Assembly (NCBI GenBank): GCA_013239625.1
Contig: MU053304.1
Span: 186,001-250,000, forward strand
Length of the DNA stretch: 64,000 nucleotides
Direction: 5' to 3'
DNA from: Lama guanicoe
Lineage: Eukaryota
A model generated the notes under the pieces. That model was given only the letters and a program-made list of their open reading frames with translations. It ran no database searches and was not told the DNA's origin. Of this stretch, positions 25,650 through 38,357 are shown in pieces. The translations under genes were made by a program, and so were the position numbers. Position 1 is the stretch's first letter. Every line of letters begins with the position of its first letter.

Positions 25650-26200
25650 TATATGACCCAGCAATTCTACTCCTAGGTATATTTCCAATCGAACTGAAAA
25701 CAGGAACTCACCAATGTTCATTTCAGCATTATTCAATATTCAATAGCCAAAAGGTAAAAGCAACTCCAGTGTCCATCAACATGGATGGATAAACAAAATG
25801 TGGTGTATTCAACATAATGAAATATTTCTCAACCATAAAAAGGGATGACATTCTGACATATGCTACAACAAAGATGAACCTTGAAAACATTACGCTAAAT
25901 GAAATAAGCCAGACACAAAAGGAGAAATATTATATGACCCCACTTATATGAAATATCGGGAACAGACAGTTTATAGAGAGAAAATATATCAGTGGTTAGC
26001 AGAGACTGAGGTGGATGAAATGGGGAGTTACTGTTTAACAGTTATACACTTTCTACTCAGCACGATAAAATAAATTTGGAATAGTAATAGATAACAGTAA
26101 TGGCTGTACAATATCATGAATGTAATTAATGCAACTGAATTGTACACTTAAAATGGTTAAAAACTCAAATTTTGTGCTATATATATTTTACCACACACAA
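25650..26200 (+). mobile_element. L1MA/MB 3' end
   Basis: atatgacccagcaattctactcctaggtat...gatgaaccttgaaaacatt...gaattgtacacttaaaatggttaa. Confidence 0.85.
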
Positions 26201-26569
26201 AAATTTTTTAAACCCACAGGTTTCTGTTTCTTACAGAGACTACAGGGCAGAGAACAGTGTGATAAACAGTATTTATTGCTTTCAAGGAGGAGAACTCAGG
26301 TGGCAGAAAAGAAGAGGTAGGCCCTTGTCCTCTGGCAGTCCCTTAAAGAAACTCCTAGGATAGAGGAGTTCTTCAAGGAACTAACTATGCCAATGACTTT
26401 ACACTACGGTTTCAGTCCAAACTCTGACATTAACTTCAACCTACACCTGCAACTACACATGACCACTTCTTTTACATGCCTAAAAGAAAGTCCTTAGTAA
26501 TACAAGTAAAAGTAGAGATTAGTTACTAATAATAAATAAAAATAGCAGAAATAAATTTCTACTAAATTA

Positions 26570-27530
26570 ATGCAAGAAGAAAAAAAATCCTATAGAAACC
26601 AATAATCATTAGTCATGGAGAAAGTTGTCAGCTAAAGAAAGCCCTAGTCCATGTTTCATGTATAAGTTCTTTAAATGTTTCAAGCATCAAGATACTTGAT
26701 CATTCTCAATGCTATTCTAACCACTCCAAAGAAATGAGAAGGCTCCTCAGTTCTCCCTACAAAGTTAATAGAGCCTGATACCAAAACACAACAAAGAAAA
26801 CACAATGAAAAGAAGCTACAGGCCAATCTCATTTTGTAATATAAATTCAAAAAATAATAAATATTAGCAAACAGAACTGAATTACATGCTAAAACATGCT
26901 ACAGACCATGTGCAAATGAGGGCATAGTCCTATCAGAGACACAAGAATCATTCAGTGCTATATGCTATCAAGTAAACAAGCCAAAGGGGAAAAAAAAAAA
27001 ATCTCCAAAGAAGCTCAAAGGACTTGAAAGAAAAATTCAATATCCATCCCAATAATAACTTTTAGTAAAAAAAAGAAAGAGAACAGTTGGTTAACTAGGT
27101 CTCAAGCCAACAACCAACACTGTGCTTGAGGGTTTAATACTGGAAGCATTCCTATTAAAGTCCAGAAGAAGGCAATCACCACTATTATGTAATACAGTTC
27201 TTAAAGCAATGGCCAGTGAAATGAGGTAATAAATAAGAAGCGCAAAATTAGAAAGTTAGGGGCAAAATTATTATTTGCAGATAAAATTCTTTTATACCTA
27301 GAAAATCAAAACCACCAACTAAAATAATTACTGGAAATAATGAGAGTATTCATTAAGGTATCCAGTTTAAAAACATATAAAACATCCACAAGAGCTTTCT
27401 TATATATCAACAATTACATGTAGAAAATTGCTAGAAAAAAATTTCTTTCAAATTAATCTTTAAAAACATGAAGTATTCAAGTGTTTTCCAATAAGAAATG
27501 TGCAATAATGTTATACATAAACTGTTAAAC
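26570..27530 (+). mobile_element. Old, highly degraded L1M ORF2 fragment
   Basis: cctgataccaaaac, atattagcaaacagaa, gaagcattcctattaaagtc, ttatttgcagat (RT region remnants). Confidence 0.7.
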
Positions 27531-27840
27531 ATATTAGGAGGATCTAAGATTCTATAATTCACACTGTGAATAGGGTTGATAAATTAAGATGCACACAGAC
27601 CAGGCTACAGTCAAAACATGGCACAGTCTCCAAAAATCTCCACAATTGAGCAAAAGGCAGTAGATTTTACCTGAATTATTTTAATTAGCACTACATGGGA
27701 AAAAATGAGGAAAAAAACCAATCCAATAACCACTTAAAACTAAGGAATTGAAGAACTGCTGCCTTTCCTAACAGTAAAGAATAATTAAAACATTCACTAA
27801 AGTCTTATTCAGCATCAGCTATCAATTTCAATAGCTTAAA

Positions 27841-28460
27841 CCAGTGGCTCTCCCAGTGTGGTGTGAGATCCTGTCAGAGGGTCCACAAGGTCAAGACTCT
27901 TTTCATAATAATACTAAGACATTATTCATCCCTTTCACTCTTATTTTCTCATGTTTGTAAAGAAGGGGTCAGCAAACTATACTGGCCAGCAGACTGAATT
28001 CAACCATGTCTACTCATTTACATATTCTCTACAGCCACTTTCAGGCTACAACAACACAGCTGATAGATGTGACACAGAAGTCTGTGACACCGAAGCAATA
28101 TTTCCTACGTGGCCCTTTACAGAATACCTTTGCTAAGCCCTGCTCTAACAACTAATAGAATGTGTGCTTATGTATTCTTGTGTTTTCTAGAATTTATTAA
28201 GATAATTATTTAATAAATTTAAAATATAAAGAAGTACATTTTAGAAGTTAATTCCATTTTTTCCCTCAGTATTTTGACTGTGGTTTTATCTACTATAATC
28301 TCATTAACCTCACTAATGCCCAATAAATTATTTTAAAATCTGAAGTCTTCCTTATATATACACAGAAACACAACTAGAAGTATACCTATTTTGCAGCATT
28401 TTAAAGCTTTCTTAGTTTTAATTTTAAATACACAAATACTGATAGATATAACCTATGTAT
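27841..28460. mobile_element. hAT-Charlie fragment with nested MER58-like MITE (about 27963-28146)
   Basis: cagtggctctcccagtgtgg...ttttcataataatactaagacatt. Nested aggggtcagcaaacta...tggccctttacagaa...ttgctaagccctg. Confidence 0.6.
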
Positions 28461-28464
28461 GTAG

Positions 28465-30980
28465 GTATAACAAAATATTAGCAAACCAAATCCAACAGTA
28501 TGTAAAAAGGATCATACACTATAATCAAATGAAATTTATTTCAGGGACACAAGGATGGTTCAATATTCACAAATCAATCAATGTGATACACCACATTAAC
28601 AAAAAGGATAAAAATCACATGATCATCTCAATAGACACAGAAAAAGCATTTCACAAAATTCCATATCCATTCATGATAAAATCTCTCATCAAAGTTGGTA
28701 TAGATAGAACATATATCAACATAATAAAGGCTTTTTATGAGAAAGTCACATCTAGTATCAGTGAGAAGCTAAAAGCCTTTCCTCTAAAACCAGGAACAAG
28801 AAAGACAAGGATGTACATTCACATCACTTCTACTTAAAACAGTATTGGAAGTCCTAGCTATAACAATCAGACAAGAAAAAGAAACAAAGGCATCCAAATT
28901 GGAAGGGAAGAAGTAAAATCGTCACTATTTGCAGATGACATCATATCATATGTAGAAAATCCTACATTCTCCATCAAAAAACTATTGGAACTAACAAATG
29001 AATTCAAAAAAGTTGCCAGATACAAGATTAATATACAGAAATCTTGCTTTTTATACACTAACAATGAACTATCACAAAGAGAAAGCAAAAAACAAACAAA
29101 CAAAAAACAAACAAACAAAAAAATCCTATATTAAAACCTCATCAAAAAGAATAAAATACCTAGGAATAAATTTAAATAATAAGGTGAAATAATTAAACTC
29201 TGAAAACTATAAAATGCTGATGAAATAAAGTAAAGATGGTACAAAGAAACAGAAAGATATCCTGTGCTCTTGAATTGGAAGAATTAATATTGTTAAAAGG
29301 GCCATACTACCCAAAGCAATCTACAGGTTTAATTCAGTCCCTATTAAATACTCATGATATTTTTCACAGAACTAAAACAAATAATCCTAAAATTTATATG
29401 GAACCACAAAAGTCCCTCAACTGCCAAAGCAATTTTGAGAAAAAAGAACAAAGCTGGAGGCATTACCCTCCCTGACTTCAGACTATACTACAAATCTACA
29501 ATAATGAAAACAGTACAGTACTGGCACAAAAACAGACACACAAATCAATGCAACAGAATAAAGAGCCTAGAAGTAAACCCATGCACCTATGATCAATTAA
29601 TCTACAATAAAAGAGACAAGAATATACAATGGAGAGGACAGTCTCTTCAATAAGTAGTGCTGGGAAAACTGGACAGCCTCGTGTAAAAGAATGATATTAC
29701 AAATTTCCTTACACCATATACAAAAATAAACTCAAAATGGATTAAAGACCTAAATGTTAAGCCCGAACATCATAAAACTCCTAGAAGAGAACATAGGCAA
29801 AATACTCTTTGACATAAATTGTAGTAATATTTTTTGGATCTGTCTCTAAGGCAAAAGAAATAATAGCAAAGGTAAACAAATGGGACCTAATTAAACTTAA
29901 AGCTTTCACATATCAAAGGAAATCACTGACAAGACAAAAAAACAACCTACCAAATGGGAGAAAATATTTGCAAATGATATGACTGACAAGGGGTTAGTAA
30001 CCAAAACATACAAACAACTCACATAACTCAACATCAAAAAAACAAACAACTCAATCAAAAAATGCATATAAGACCTAAATAGTTGTTCCTAAGAAGACAT
30101 ACAGATGGCCAACAGGCACAGAAAAGATGCTCAACATTACTAATTATCAGAGAAATGCAAATCAAAACAATGAAATAGTACCTCACATCTGCCAGAATGG
30201 CTATCATCCAAAAGTCTATAAATAACAAACACTGGCAAGGATGTGGAGAAAAGGGAACCCTTGTACACTGTTGTTGGGAATGTAAATTGGTGCAGCCACT
30301 ATGGAAAACAGTATGGAAGGTCGTCAAAAAAACTAAAAATAGAACTACCATATGATCCAGCAATTCTGCTACTGAGTACATATCTGGAAAATAAGAAAAC
30401 ACTAACTCAAACAAATACATGCACACCAATATTCACAGCAGCACTATTTACAATAGCCAAGATATGGAAGCAACCCAAGTGTCTATAATCAGCTGAATGG
30501 ATAAATCAGATGTGGTGTGTATATACATACTAGTATATATACACATACTACTCAGCCAAAAAGTAGAATGAAATTCTGCCATTTATAGCAACTTGAATGG
30601 ACCTAGAGAATATTATGCTTACTGAAATGTCAGACAGAAAAAGATAAATACTGTATGATATCATTTATATGAGGAATCTGAAAAATAAAACAAATGAGAT
30701 GTATATAGCAAAACAGAAACAGACTCAGAGATACAGAAAACAAACTAGTGGTTACCAGCAGGGGGAGGGGAATATAGGGGTAGGAGACTAATATAAATGA
30801 TGTATAAGATAGATAAGCAATAAGGATATACTGTACATCACAGGGAATTATAGCCATTACTTTGAAATAACTTCTAATGGACTATAATCTATAAAAATAC
30901 TGAATCATTATGTTGTGTACCTAAACTAACATAATACTGTAAATCAACAATATACTTCAATTAAAAATAACAACAAAAAG
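28465..30980 (+). mobile_element. 5'-truncated L1 (about 2.5 kb): disrupted ORF2 (RT to C-terminus) plus 3' UTR and A tail; antisense to DIS3L2
   Basis: ORFs 28391..28837 ([16 protein letters not shown]...[17 protein letters not shown]) and 29354..29653 ([15 protein letters not shown]...[14 protein letters not shown]). FADD motif at 28928-28939. Several frameshifts and stops. Confidence 0.95.
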
Positions 30981-32229
30981 TTGATTCAGAATGGAGAGTA
31001 ACAGATAAGTAACTAAAGAAAAAATTAAATGAAGAGCAAAATTTACCTCCATTATTTAATATAAAATAAAGTTTTGCCTCCTTAGATTTTATAATGATAA
31101 TTTGTTTAAACTTCCACAAGAATGTTTAATATTCTTGGTAATATTGCTAATAAAGGGAAAAGGGCTGCATTAAAGTTAAAAAACATTACACATCACAAAA
31201 TAGAGCTGGAAAATACCCAATACCATGAATATGTTCATGTCATAGTAAGGATGGACCACAAAAACTTCCAAATAGGCTGCCATAGAGTTTCTCTCATCAC
31301 CTGCTAAATGAGAGAGAGCCTGGTGAAGAGATGGACGTGCAGAATGTGGAGGGCTGATTTGTTTCTGTAGCTTATATGATCCAAAGTACAGGACAAGAGG
31401 AGAGCAGGACAGCAGTAGCGGCCAAAAATCCTGAAGCTGCTGCGCTCTGTGAGCAATGCAGCAGAAATGAGATAGGTGTAAATACTTTCATGAAAACTCA
31501 AAACAGAAATTATCTGATATATACACAAAAGCAGAGATCACTCTGCAGTGAGGGAGGCAAAAAGACTTAAGTGGCAAGCAATTCATACAAATTATTGTAA
31601 TCAGCATTAAACAAAGCAGCAGCTCTTGGGGCAGCTGGGGAAAAAGAAGAGGAGGGGGAAGCAGTAGGCATCCGCAGGATGGTACCTCCCGAAGAGCTCC
31701 CCAGCACTGGGAACAGAGAGCTGCACAAGGTATCTGGCACTTGGTAGGCTCTTAGTAAAAATATATGAGAGAGATGGATGAATGCATGTTTCATCTTTGT
31801 AAAGTCTGGACCCAGCAGAGCTTTGGGAGCAGCATAATCACTCTATAAATGCCTAGTGAATGAATAAACACATGGCAAAGGCAAGTAGCGCAGGCTGTGA
31901 TGGTTTTAAGAGATAGATCAAGTACTAATGGAAGAACCCTGAAACAATTTCTGCCCATGACTCACCACAGCCTCTCTGATTAAATACTTAACATTATCGA
32001 AAATGTATTTAATCATAGAACATTTTTGCTAGAATGAACTAGTGACATAATTTTGCCCAACTCCCTTATTTTAGAAGCAGAGTGGAGAACTCCAACTTTG
32101 CTCACCTTACTCCCAAGTCTACTGCTCTTTCCAATGGCCCAGGCTACCACTAACTGAATACCAGAAGAAAGAGACAAAATATAAGATATTTCAGGATAAG
32201 TTATACAAGAGAAAGCCTCATAAAGTAAA

Positions 32230-32730
32230 TTCACCTTTTTTTTTCACATGAGTTTTTCACAACACTGACTTTCTGAAGTGTACAAACTGGTTGTCTTATA
32301 GATCGTCTCACATTGAATTTATCTTACTACTTCTCCCAAGGTGTCATTTAGCTAGTTCCAGTATCACCTGTATTTCCAGTATACTAGAGGCCAAGGTGCG
32401 AGGCTTGATTCAGGTGAAATATTTTTGGCCTAAATGTTTACATCACAGATCATGTTGCATACAATAATGCATCCCATCAAAAGGCATAAAATGTCAGGTT
32501 GTCCCACTATTGGTAAGGCTAAGCTTGATCACTTGGTTAAAGTAGTAACTATCAAATCTGCCTACTATAAAAAAATATTTTGCCCTGTGTAATTATTAAG
32601 TAGTAAGTCAACTGTGGCATGATACTTGGACACCATGTGAATATCTTAATCTCCAATAACCTTTCATCCAATGGTTTAGTATCTATTAATGATCCTTGAC
32701 CAAATTAATTATTACACTGAGTGTTGGACT
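32230..32730 (-). mobile_element. L1MC/ME 3' fragment
   Basis: atgtcaggttgtcccactattggtaaggctaagcttgatcacttggttaa... is an old L1 3' end in antisense. Confidence 0.6.
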
Positions 32731-32774
32731 ATCATGAAATCTTTAACCTTTCCTATATGTATTATTATTTGTGA

Positions 32775-33145
32775 GAAGAGAATCAGCATAATGGTTAAGA
32801 GGACAAGTCTAGGACCACTCAATTCTGGCTACATAGTAGAATCCTTGGATCTCTGGGCAGCTTTTTTAAAATGCCAGGTCAACTAGAATCAGAATGTCTA
32901 GAGTGGTATTCAGGCATTAATATTTTTTAAAAGCTACCAGAGAATTCTAAAGGATTCTTACCAACTGTGTAACTTTCTGTTTGAGAATAAAAACTACAAG
33001 TATCTCTGAGATAAAATTATTAATATTTCCGAACTACATACTAGGTATGCTATAAGAACCAAATAATTAAACATCATGAGGTGTAATTATAAAGTACTTA
33101 GGGCCTAGCACATAGTAAATACCCAATAAGTATCCATGATTATTA
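32775..33145 (+). mobile_element. MIR with nested MER5-like fragment
   Basis: agcataatggttaagag... and ...gcacatagtaaatacccaataa flank agaatcagaatgtctagagtgg...ttttaaaagct. Confidence 0.55.
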
Positions 33146-33209
33146 TGTGTACGTATTTGCATGTATAAGTATTTATATAGAAATATATCTAAGTACATCC
33201 TAGATATAG

Positions 33210-34325
33210 CAAGGGTATTTAGAGGGAACTTTATAGCTTTAACACTTCAAAGGAAACAAGAAAAGTTAAAAAGAAGTATTCAAGTCAAGAAGTTGAGAAA
33301 ATGACAAAAAAGCAAACCCCCAAAATCAGGTTAAATAACAAAGATAAGAGCAAATATAAATGATAAACAGAACAATACCATCAACAGTAAACACAGAAAA
33401 CTAACACAACCAAAAATCATGTTTCTTGAAAAGATTATTAAGATAGATCTCTGGCAAACAAGAGTTAAGAAAAAGGAAGAGTCAAACAATTAAAATACAG
33501 AATGGAAAAAGGCAAAAGTACCAACACAAGGAGTTTTTTAAGTAATTAAAGAATATTAATGAGTATTAGGAATATCTACATGCTCATAAATTCAAATGTA
33601 TACATTCCCATTAAATTATGCCAAAATTGGCACCAAAAAAAGAGAGAAATTGGACAGACCAATTAGAATGAAAGAGAGTGAAAGAGCAAAGATCAGAGCC
33701 TTCTGAACAACAGCAGGTGCAGACAATTTTACAACAAATTCTACCAAATTTTAAGGAACAGTTAATTCCTGTCTTATACAAGCTGTCCTAGGAAATAAGT
33801 AAACAGTCAAAACCTGACCAGGACATTTCATGAAGCTAATATAATCTTGATTCTAAAAACCAGTTAATGATAAGGAAATGATAGGTCCATTTAACATGAT
33901 ACAGAAATTCTACACTATATGTTACCTAAATAAATCCAATTGTGTATTTAAAAAATAATAATACATCAGGGTTAAGTAGCATTTATCCTAGGAATTCAAG
34001 GATGGTTCAACAACAGAAATAGATTTAGAGGAGAGAAACTGATGATACTCTCAATCAATAAAGAATCAGCTTCATAAAGTTCAGCAAAAGGCAAAACTGT
34101 AGAGTTGATAAAAGATTTGGAAAAGGGATTATTATAAAGAATAGTTAAGAAATTCCTGCAAATCAGAAACAACAATAACCCTTATGGAACAGCAGACAAA
34201 TGATATGGAAGGGCAATTTAAAAAACATAATCTAAACTATAAAAACTAGAAAGCTGGATAATTCTAACTGTTGGCAGGAATGAGACGATATAAGAAGCCT
34301 CATGAATTGCTAGCAGAAGTGGAGT
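33210..34325 (+). mobile_element. Old L1M ORF2 fragments
   Basis: aaattctaccaaattttaaggaaca...atttcatgaagctaatataatcttgatt...ttatcctaggaattcaaggatggttcaaca. Confidence 0.75.
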
Positions 34326-37300
34326 AATCACTCTGGCTTGGAGCAAAGCCTCAGTTAATAAAGAACTGCTCTGCTGTCTTGCTTTATCCTCTGCTTATGT
34401 ATTTCTTTTGGGGACTTCAGGGAGGAATGGCTGGTCTAGCACAGGATTTGGGTCTTAGACATTGTAGGTCCTGATCATCTGTCTCTACCTGAATCACATG
34501 TGATATGGCTGCATTGTCCAGTCAGTCTAAAAGATAGGGAAGCAAAAATTCCCACTGTATACTTCTAACACAGGTCTGAACAAGGCTTCACTCTTTTTTT
34601 AATGATATTTTAAAGCACTGGCACAAAGCATTGTCCAAAAATCATGGTTGATGGGAAATTGCTATATATTTGATTTTCAACATAATTTCTGAAGCAAACA
34701 TAACTGTCTTCTATTTGTATTAATCATCATTATACACAGTGGAGAACTCAGATACAAAAAAGATAGGGAAGATTTGATCTTGGACTCTGGAAACATTAGC
34801 AGAAAGGAAATGAAAATAATTAGCTCTGATAAAGAAGGTTTCCAGACAGTCAGGAGAAAGGGTTTTCAGTAACCCCAAAGTATCACAGGAGAATAATCAT
34901 ATGGATCTATTTTTCTCAGCCAGAGGGAAATACAGTTCCTTTCTATCCAAGGAAAGAGAACTTAAATTTAGGTACTGAACAAATCTGTTGTTGGAAGGAA
35001 ATGAATTTTAAGTGAGAAAAAGGGCTCTTCCTGACTCCTCAAGTTGACTCGGGCAGGCCTTAGAAGGAATAGTAATACACTGATTCAAACCTCAGAAGAG
35101 AACAAGGATTCCATGTGGATTCTCCCTTCAGTGAAGAGCTGAAGGTGGCCAGAGACAGAGGAGAGAATTCAAACAGTCACCGACTCTACATTCAAACCCA
35201 TGTACAGTCATTAGGGTACTGGCAGAAGCTTGTCTTCAGACCAGAAAGCCAAACAAGATCTCTGGCAGAACCTAAGGTAGAGAATAGGAGGAATACATTT
35301 CAGTCTGATTAGGTGAGAATCGACAAGAGTCAGAGTCCAAAACTGTCCTTAAACTTTCCAAAGATGTAAGACACAGAGCTACTGTATCACTTAGTCACCA
35401 TGTTTTTTGTCCTTTGGAGTTTTCTAACGAGGCAAACACTACTCAAATATTTGACACCAAAGAATATTTATTTACAGGGCTGTCCCAGTCTCTACACAGA
35501 TGGCAGTTTTCTGTGCTGACAATAACACTACTACCCAGAAAGTTGTAAAAGCTCAGCCTCAGGACCTACAAAGGGGGCCCAGGTCTTTGGCCCATTCTCT
35601 CTCAGGGCCTGAGGATGATCCAGATCCATGCTGTCTTCCTAGAAGAAACTACTATGTAACAAGTCTGAGAAGCCCAGAGAAAATTTTCTCTGAATGCAAG
35701 ATAGGTACTCGCTGCAGAGAGCTGGGGCTCTCTGCTCACTGACCAGAGACACTAGTAGTTATCATAAAGATTCGAATGTTTGCTGAGCAAAGTGGGATAT
35801 ACAATGCATACACATGTAATATGTAACATTTGCTTTGGGTGAAAAAAACACGATACTAAAACAAAAAACAAAGTACTCTTTTGCACACACGTCTGAACTA
35901 GGATTAATAATCCATCTGTGACTACAAAACAAAGCAAAGAACTTTTCTAGAAGTCTTAGGAAAAGTTTATGATGTTCTTAAGGTTATGGTTTGTTTCAAT
36001 AACAAATCTCAAACCCTTAAATGGTGCAAAAAGTACTAACATCCTAACTGTAACCAGATTTTATATTATTCAGAGAAGAAAAGCTGGTTGAAATATCCTA
36101 AAAAACACCATGATTTTTAAAAGAGCAAATTGCAATTTTCCTAAATATCAAGAGGGCAAGAAATGAGAAACAGCCATGTGGTTTCACAAACTCTCTTTTT
36201 AGAGGCTGGCAGGAAAAAGAAATTGGTACCAGATACTGAGGGAAGGATTAAGGCTGTTCCCTCAGTCAGGGCCAGTAAGGAAGCAATATAAATAACAGTA
36301 GGATAGGAAGACCGTAAAAAGAGTAAGGAAAAAAACTGCATACAGTGGACTTGTAAAGCACCCAATGATATTTACTTGCAAGCGAGATGGAAGGGAATTA
36401 CAACAGAGGACAAATCAAGAGCAGGTCTGGCATCAGAACTTCCCAAACGAAGGACAAAGTGAATTATTAGTATCCACCCCAGGCATCAATTCTGCCAACA
36501 CTTCCATCCATCAATATTCCCTTGCCCTTGTATTGATACCAATCACTAATGAAAAAGTATAGCATCTTATCCCTTTGATTTGGAGCCTAGGGGAAAAGAT
36601 ACTGCTGAGGCCTGCCAAGTCTAGTCACCTCAGCTAGGCTTCCACGAAGTAGATTTGGGCCAAATACTTAGTAAGTTTTAAAGTACGCCTTTGCCTGGCT
36701 TTGTCCTTCAAGGATCTCTCTCCCTTGGTAATCTTGCTGATGAAGGATTTGGCTATTTAGGGTCCTGGTTATTTCCCTCTCTTCTCATAGAAAAGACGTG
36801 ACTCACAGTACTGACACCATTATGATAATACACACGCACTCTCAAAAGAGAGTCACAGTATCCAACTGTTTTTTAAAGGAAGGAAGAAAAAATCATCACA
36901 AGAACAGATTTTCAAAGAATAACATCCAAATGAAATCGGCTGGGCCCTGATCAGTGAGCTACTATTTATCTAAGCAGGCCACAAAACAAAAGGAACCTGG
37001 GTGCCCTCAGGCCAGCACAGCTGGTAGGACAGTGAGGAAGCAGTAGCCCCTTCATTCAGAAAGAATTTCAAAGTTGCAAAGTCCTTCTGAATGAGAGTAC
37101 TTGGCACCAAAAAGCAACAAAGCTTTTAGAAAATGCTCAGTGCCCACAGATCACTAGCTCATCAGCAGTGGAGAAACAGGATGACCCTTATGCAGTCACT
37201 CCTGAAGTCACCTCCAACTTTCTTCAGGATGTCACTGAGGTGCTCACCAGTCCCTATCACAGGGTGTCTGCTGAACATCCTCCTTTAGTAATCTTCTGAC

Positions 37301-38122
37301 ATTTCTTCTAGCCTTTCACAGGGACTTTGCCAGAGGCAACTTCCTGATAAAAAAGGTCATAATCTAGTCGGCCTAGCCAGGTCAATTTTTTCCATTTCAT
37401 AGTATGCATAAAACTCAATTTGGCTGGAAAACATATTCCTGCACTTCAAACCTCTTAGAAATCTATACATTGAAATAGTCCGATTTTCACTGCTATTTTC
37501 CCTCAAGTTTCCCAGAGTGTGGTCAGGTAGGGCCCTTGGACACAGCTCCTTATCCATGTGTTTACAAAGGCTTTTTTCTGCATCCAGGGAACCCATGGCT
37601 TAAATTTTGATTAGAGAAAATAAGACTGGCTTTTTTAAAGGCTCAGAATCAAAAGACTCTGTAATGATAATCCACTTATCAAATTTAAGGTGATCCATTC
37701 CCACCACTAATGACAGAAATACTTAAAAAGTGTTCTGAGTTAAAATAAAGAAAAATCCAGGGTAAAATGAAGTGCTTTTTTGGTAAGGATTTTAAAGATT
37801 GGTTTAATTCTACTCATAGAACCACCCACAGGGTGGGATTGGGCTCATCACAGGAAATTTCAAGGTTAGCTATCAACACAACTCAAAACCTACTAGGAAA
37901 TGACAACAGCAACCACTGACCACACAAACCACCAGCAGCAACTTCATCCCCTCTGCACAACCAGCAGCTGGAAGCCTGTCAAAGATCCCCTTTGCCTAAA
38001 AGCAGCTACAGGTCAGAAATTAGGAAGATATCAACTGTAATGTGTGATTAATTCTGTAGCACAGAGAGAATTCTTAGAACCATCTACTAAAATAAATTGT
38101 CAAAGAGCAGTCCAGTACTCAC

Positions 38123-38357
38123 CTTTTTCATGAACACAAACTGAGAGTTTCTTAACACCATCAACCAGAGCATTTTGTGTGTGGCCATGTCCATCTTCTG
38201 AGTCACTGTCATCAAACTGAGCCTCTATAATGACATCAGGACTGTCATTATAGCCTTTCAGGGACTGCTGCGGGAGATGGCTTCCACAGAGCTCTTCAGG
38301 GAGATCTAATTCATAGGCACCTTCTGTTTCTTTGTCATTGCTCTCTGGTTTAATTAC
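38123..38357 (-). CDS. DIS3L2: DIS3L2 coding exon (human exon 6 equivalent, 235 nt): [78 protein letters not shown](G)
   Basis: Manual translation matches the DIS3L2 CSD1 insertion region. Acceptor ttctattttcttcag|GTA, donor AAAG|gtgagta. Not in the ORF track. Confidence 0.97.

Noticed and set aside
28391..30488. Functional reverse transcriptase gene or active L1
   Set aside because: 5'-truncated with no promoter, ORF1 or endonuclease; ORF2 is broken by frameshifts, stops and an A/C-rich expansion near 29085-29122.
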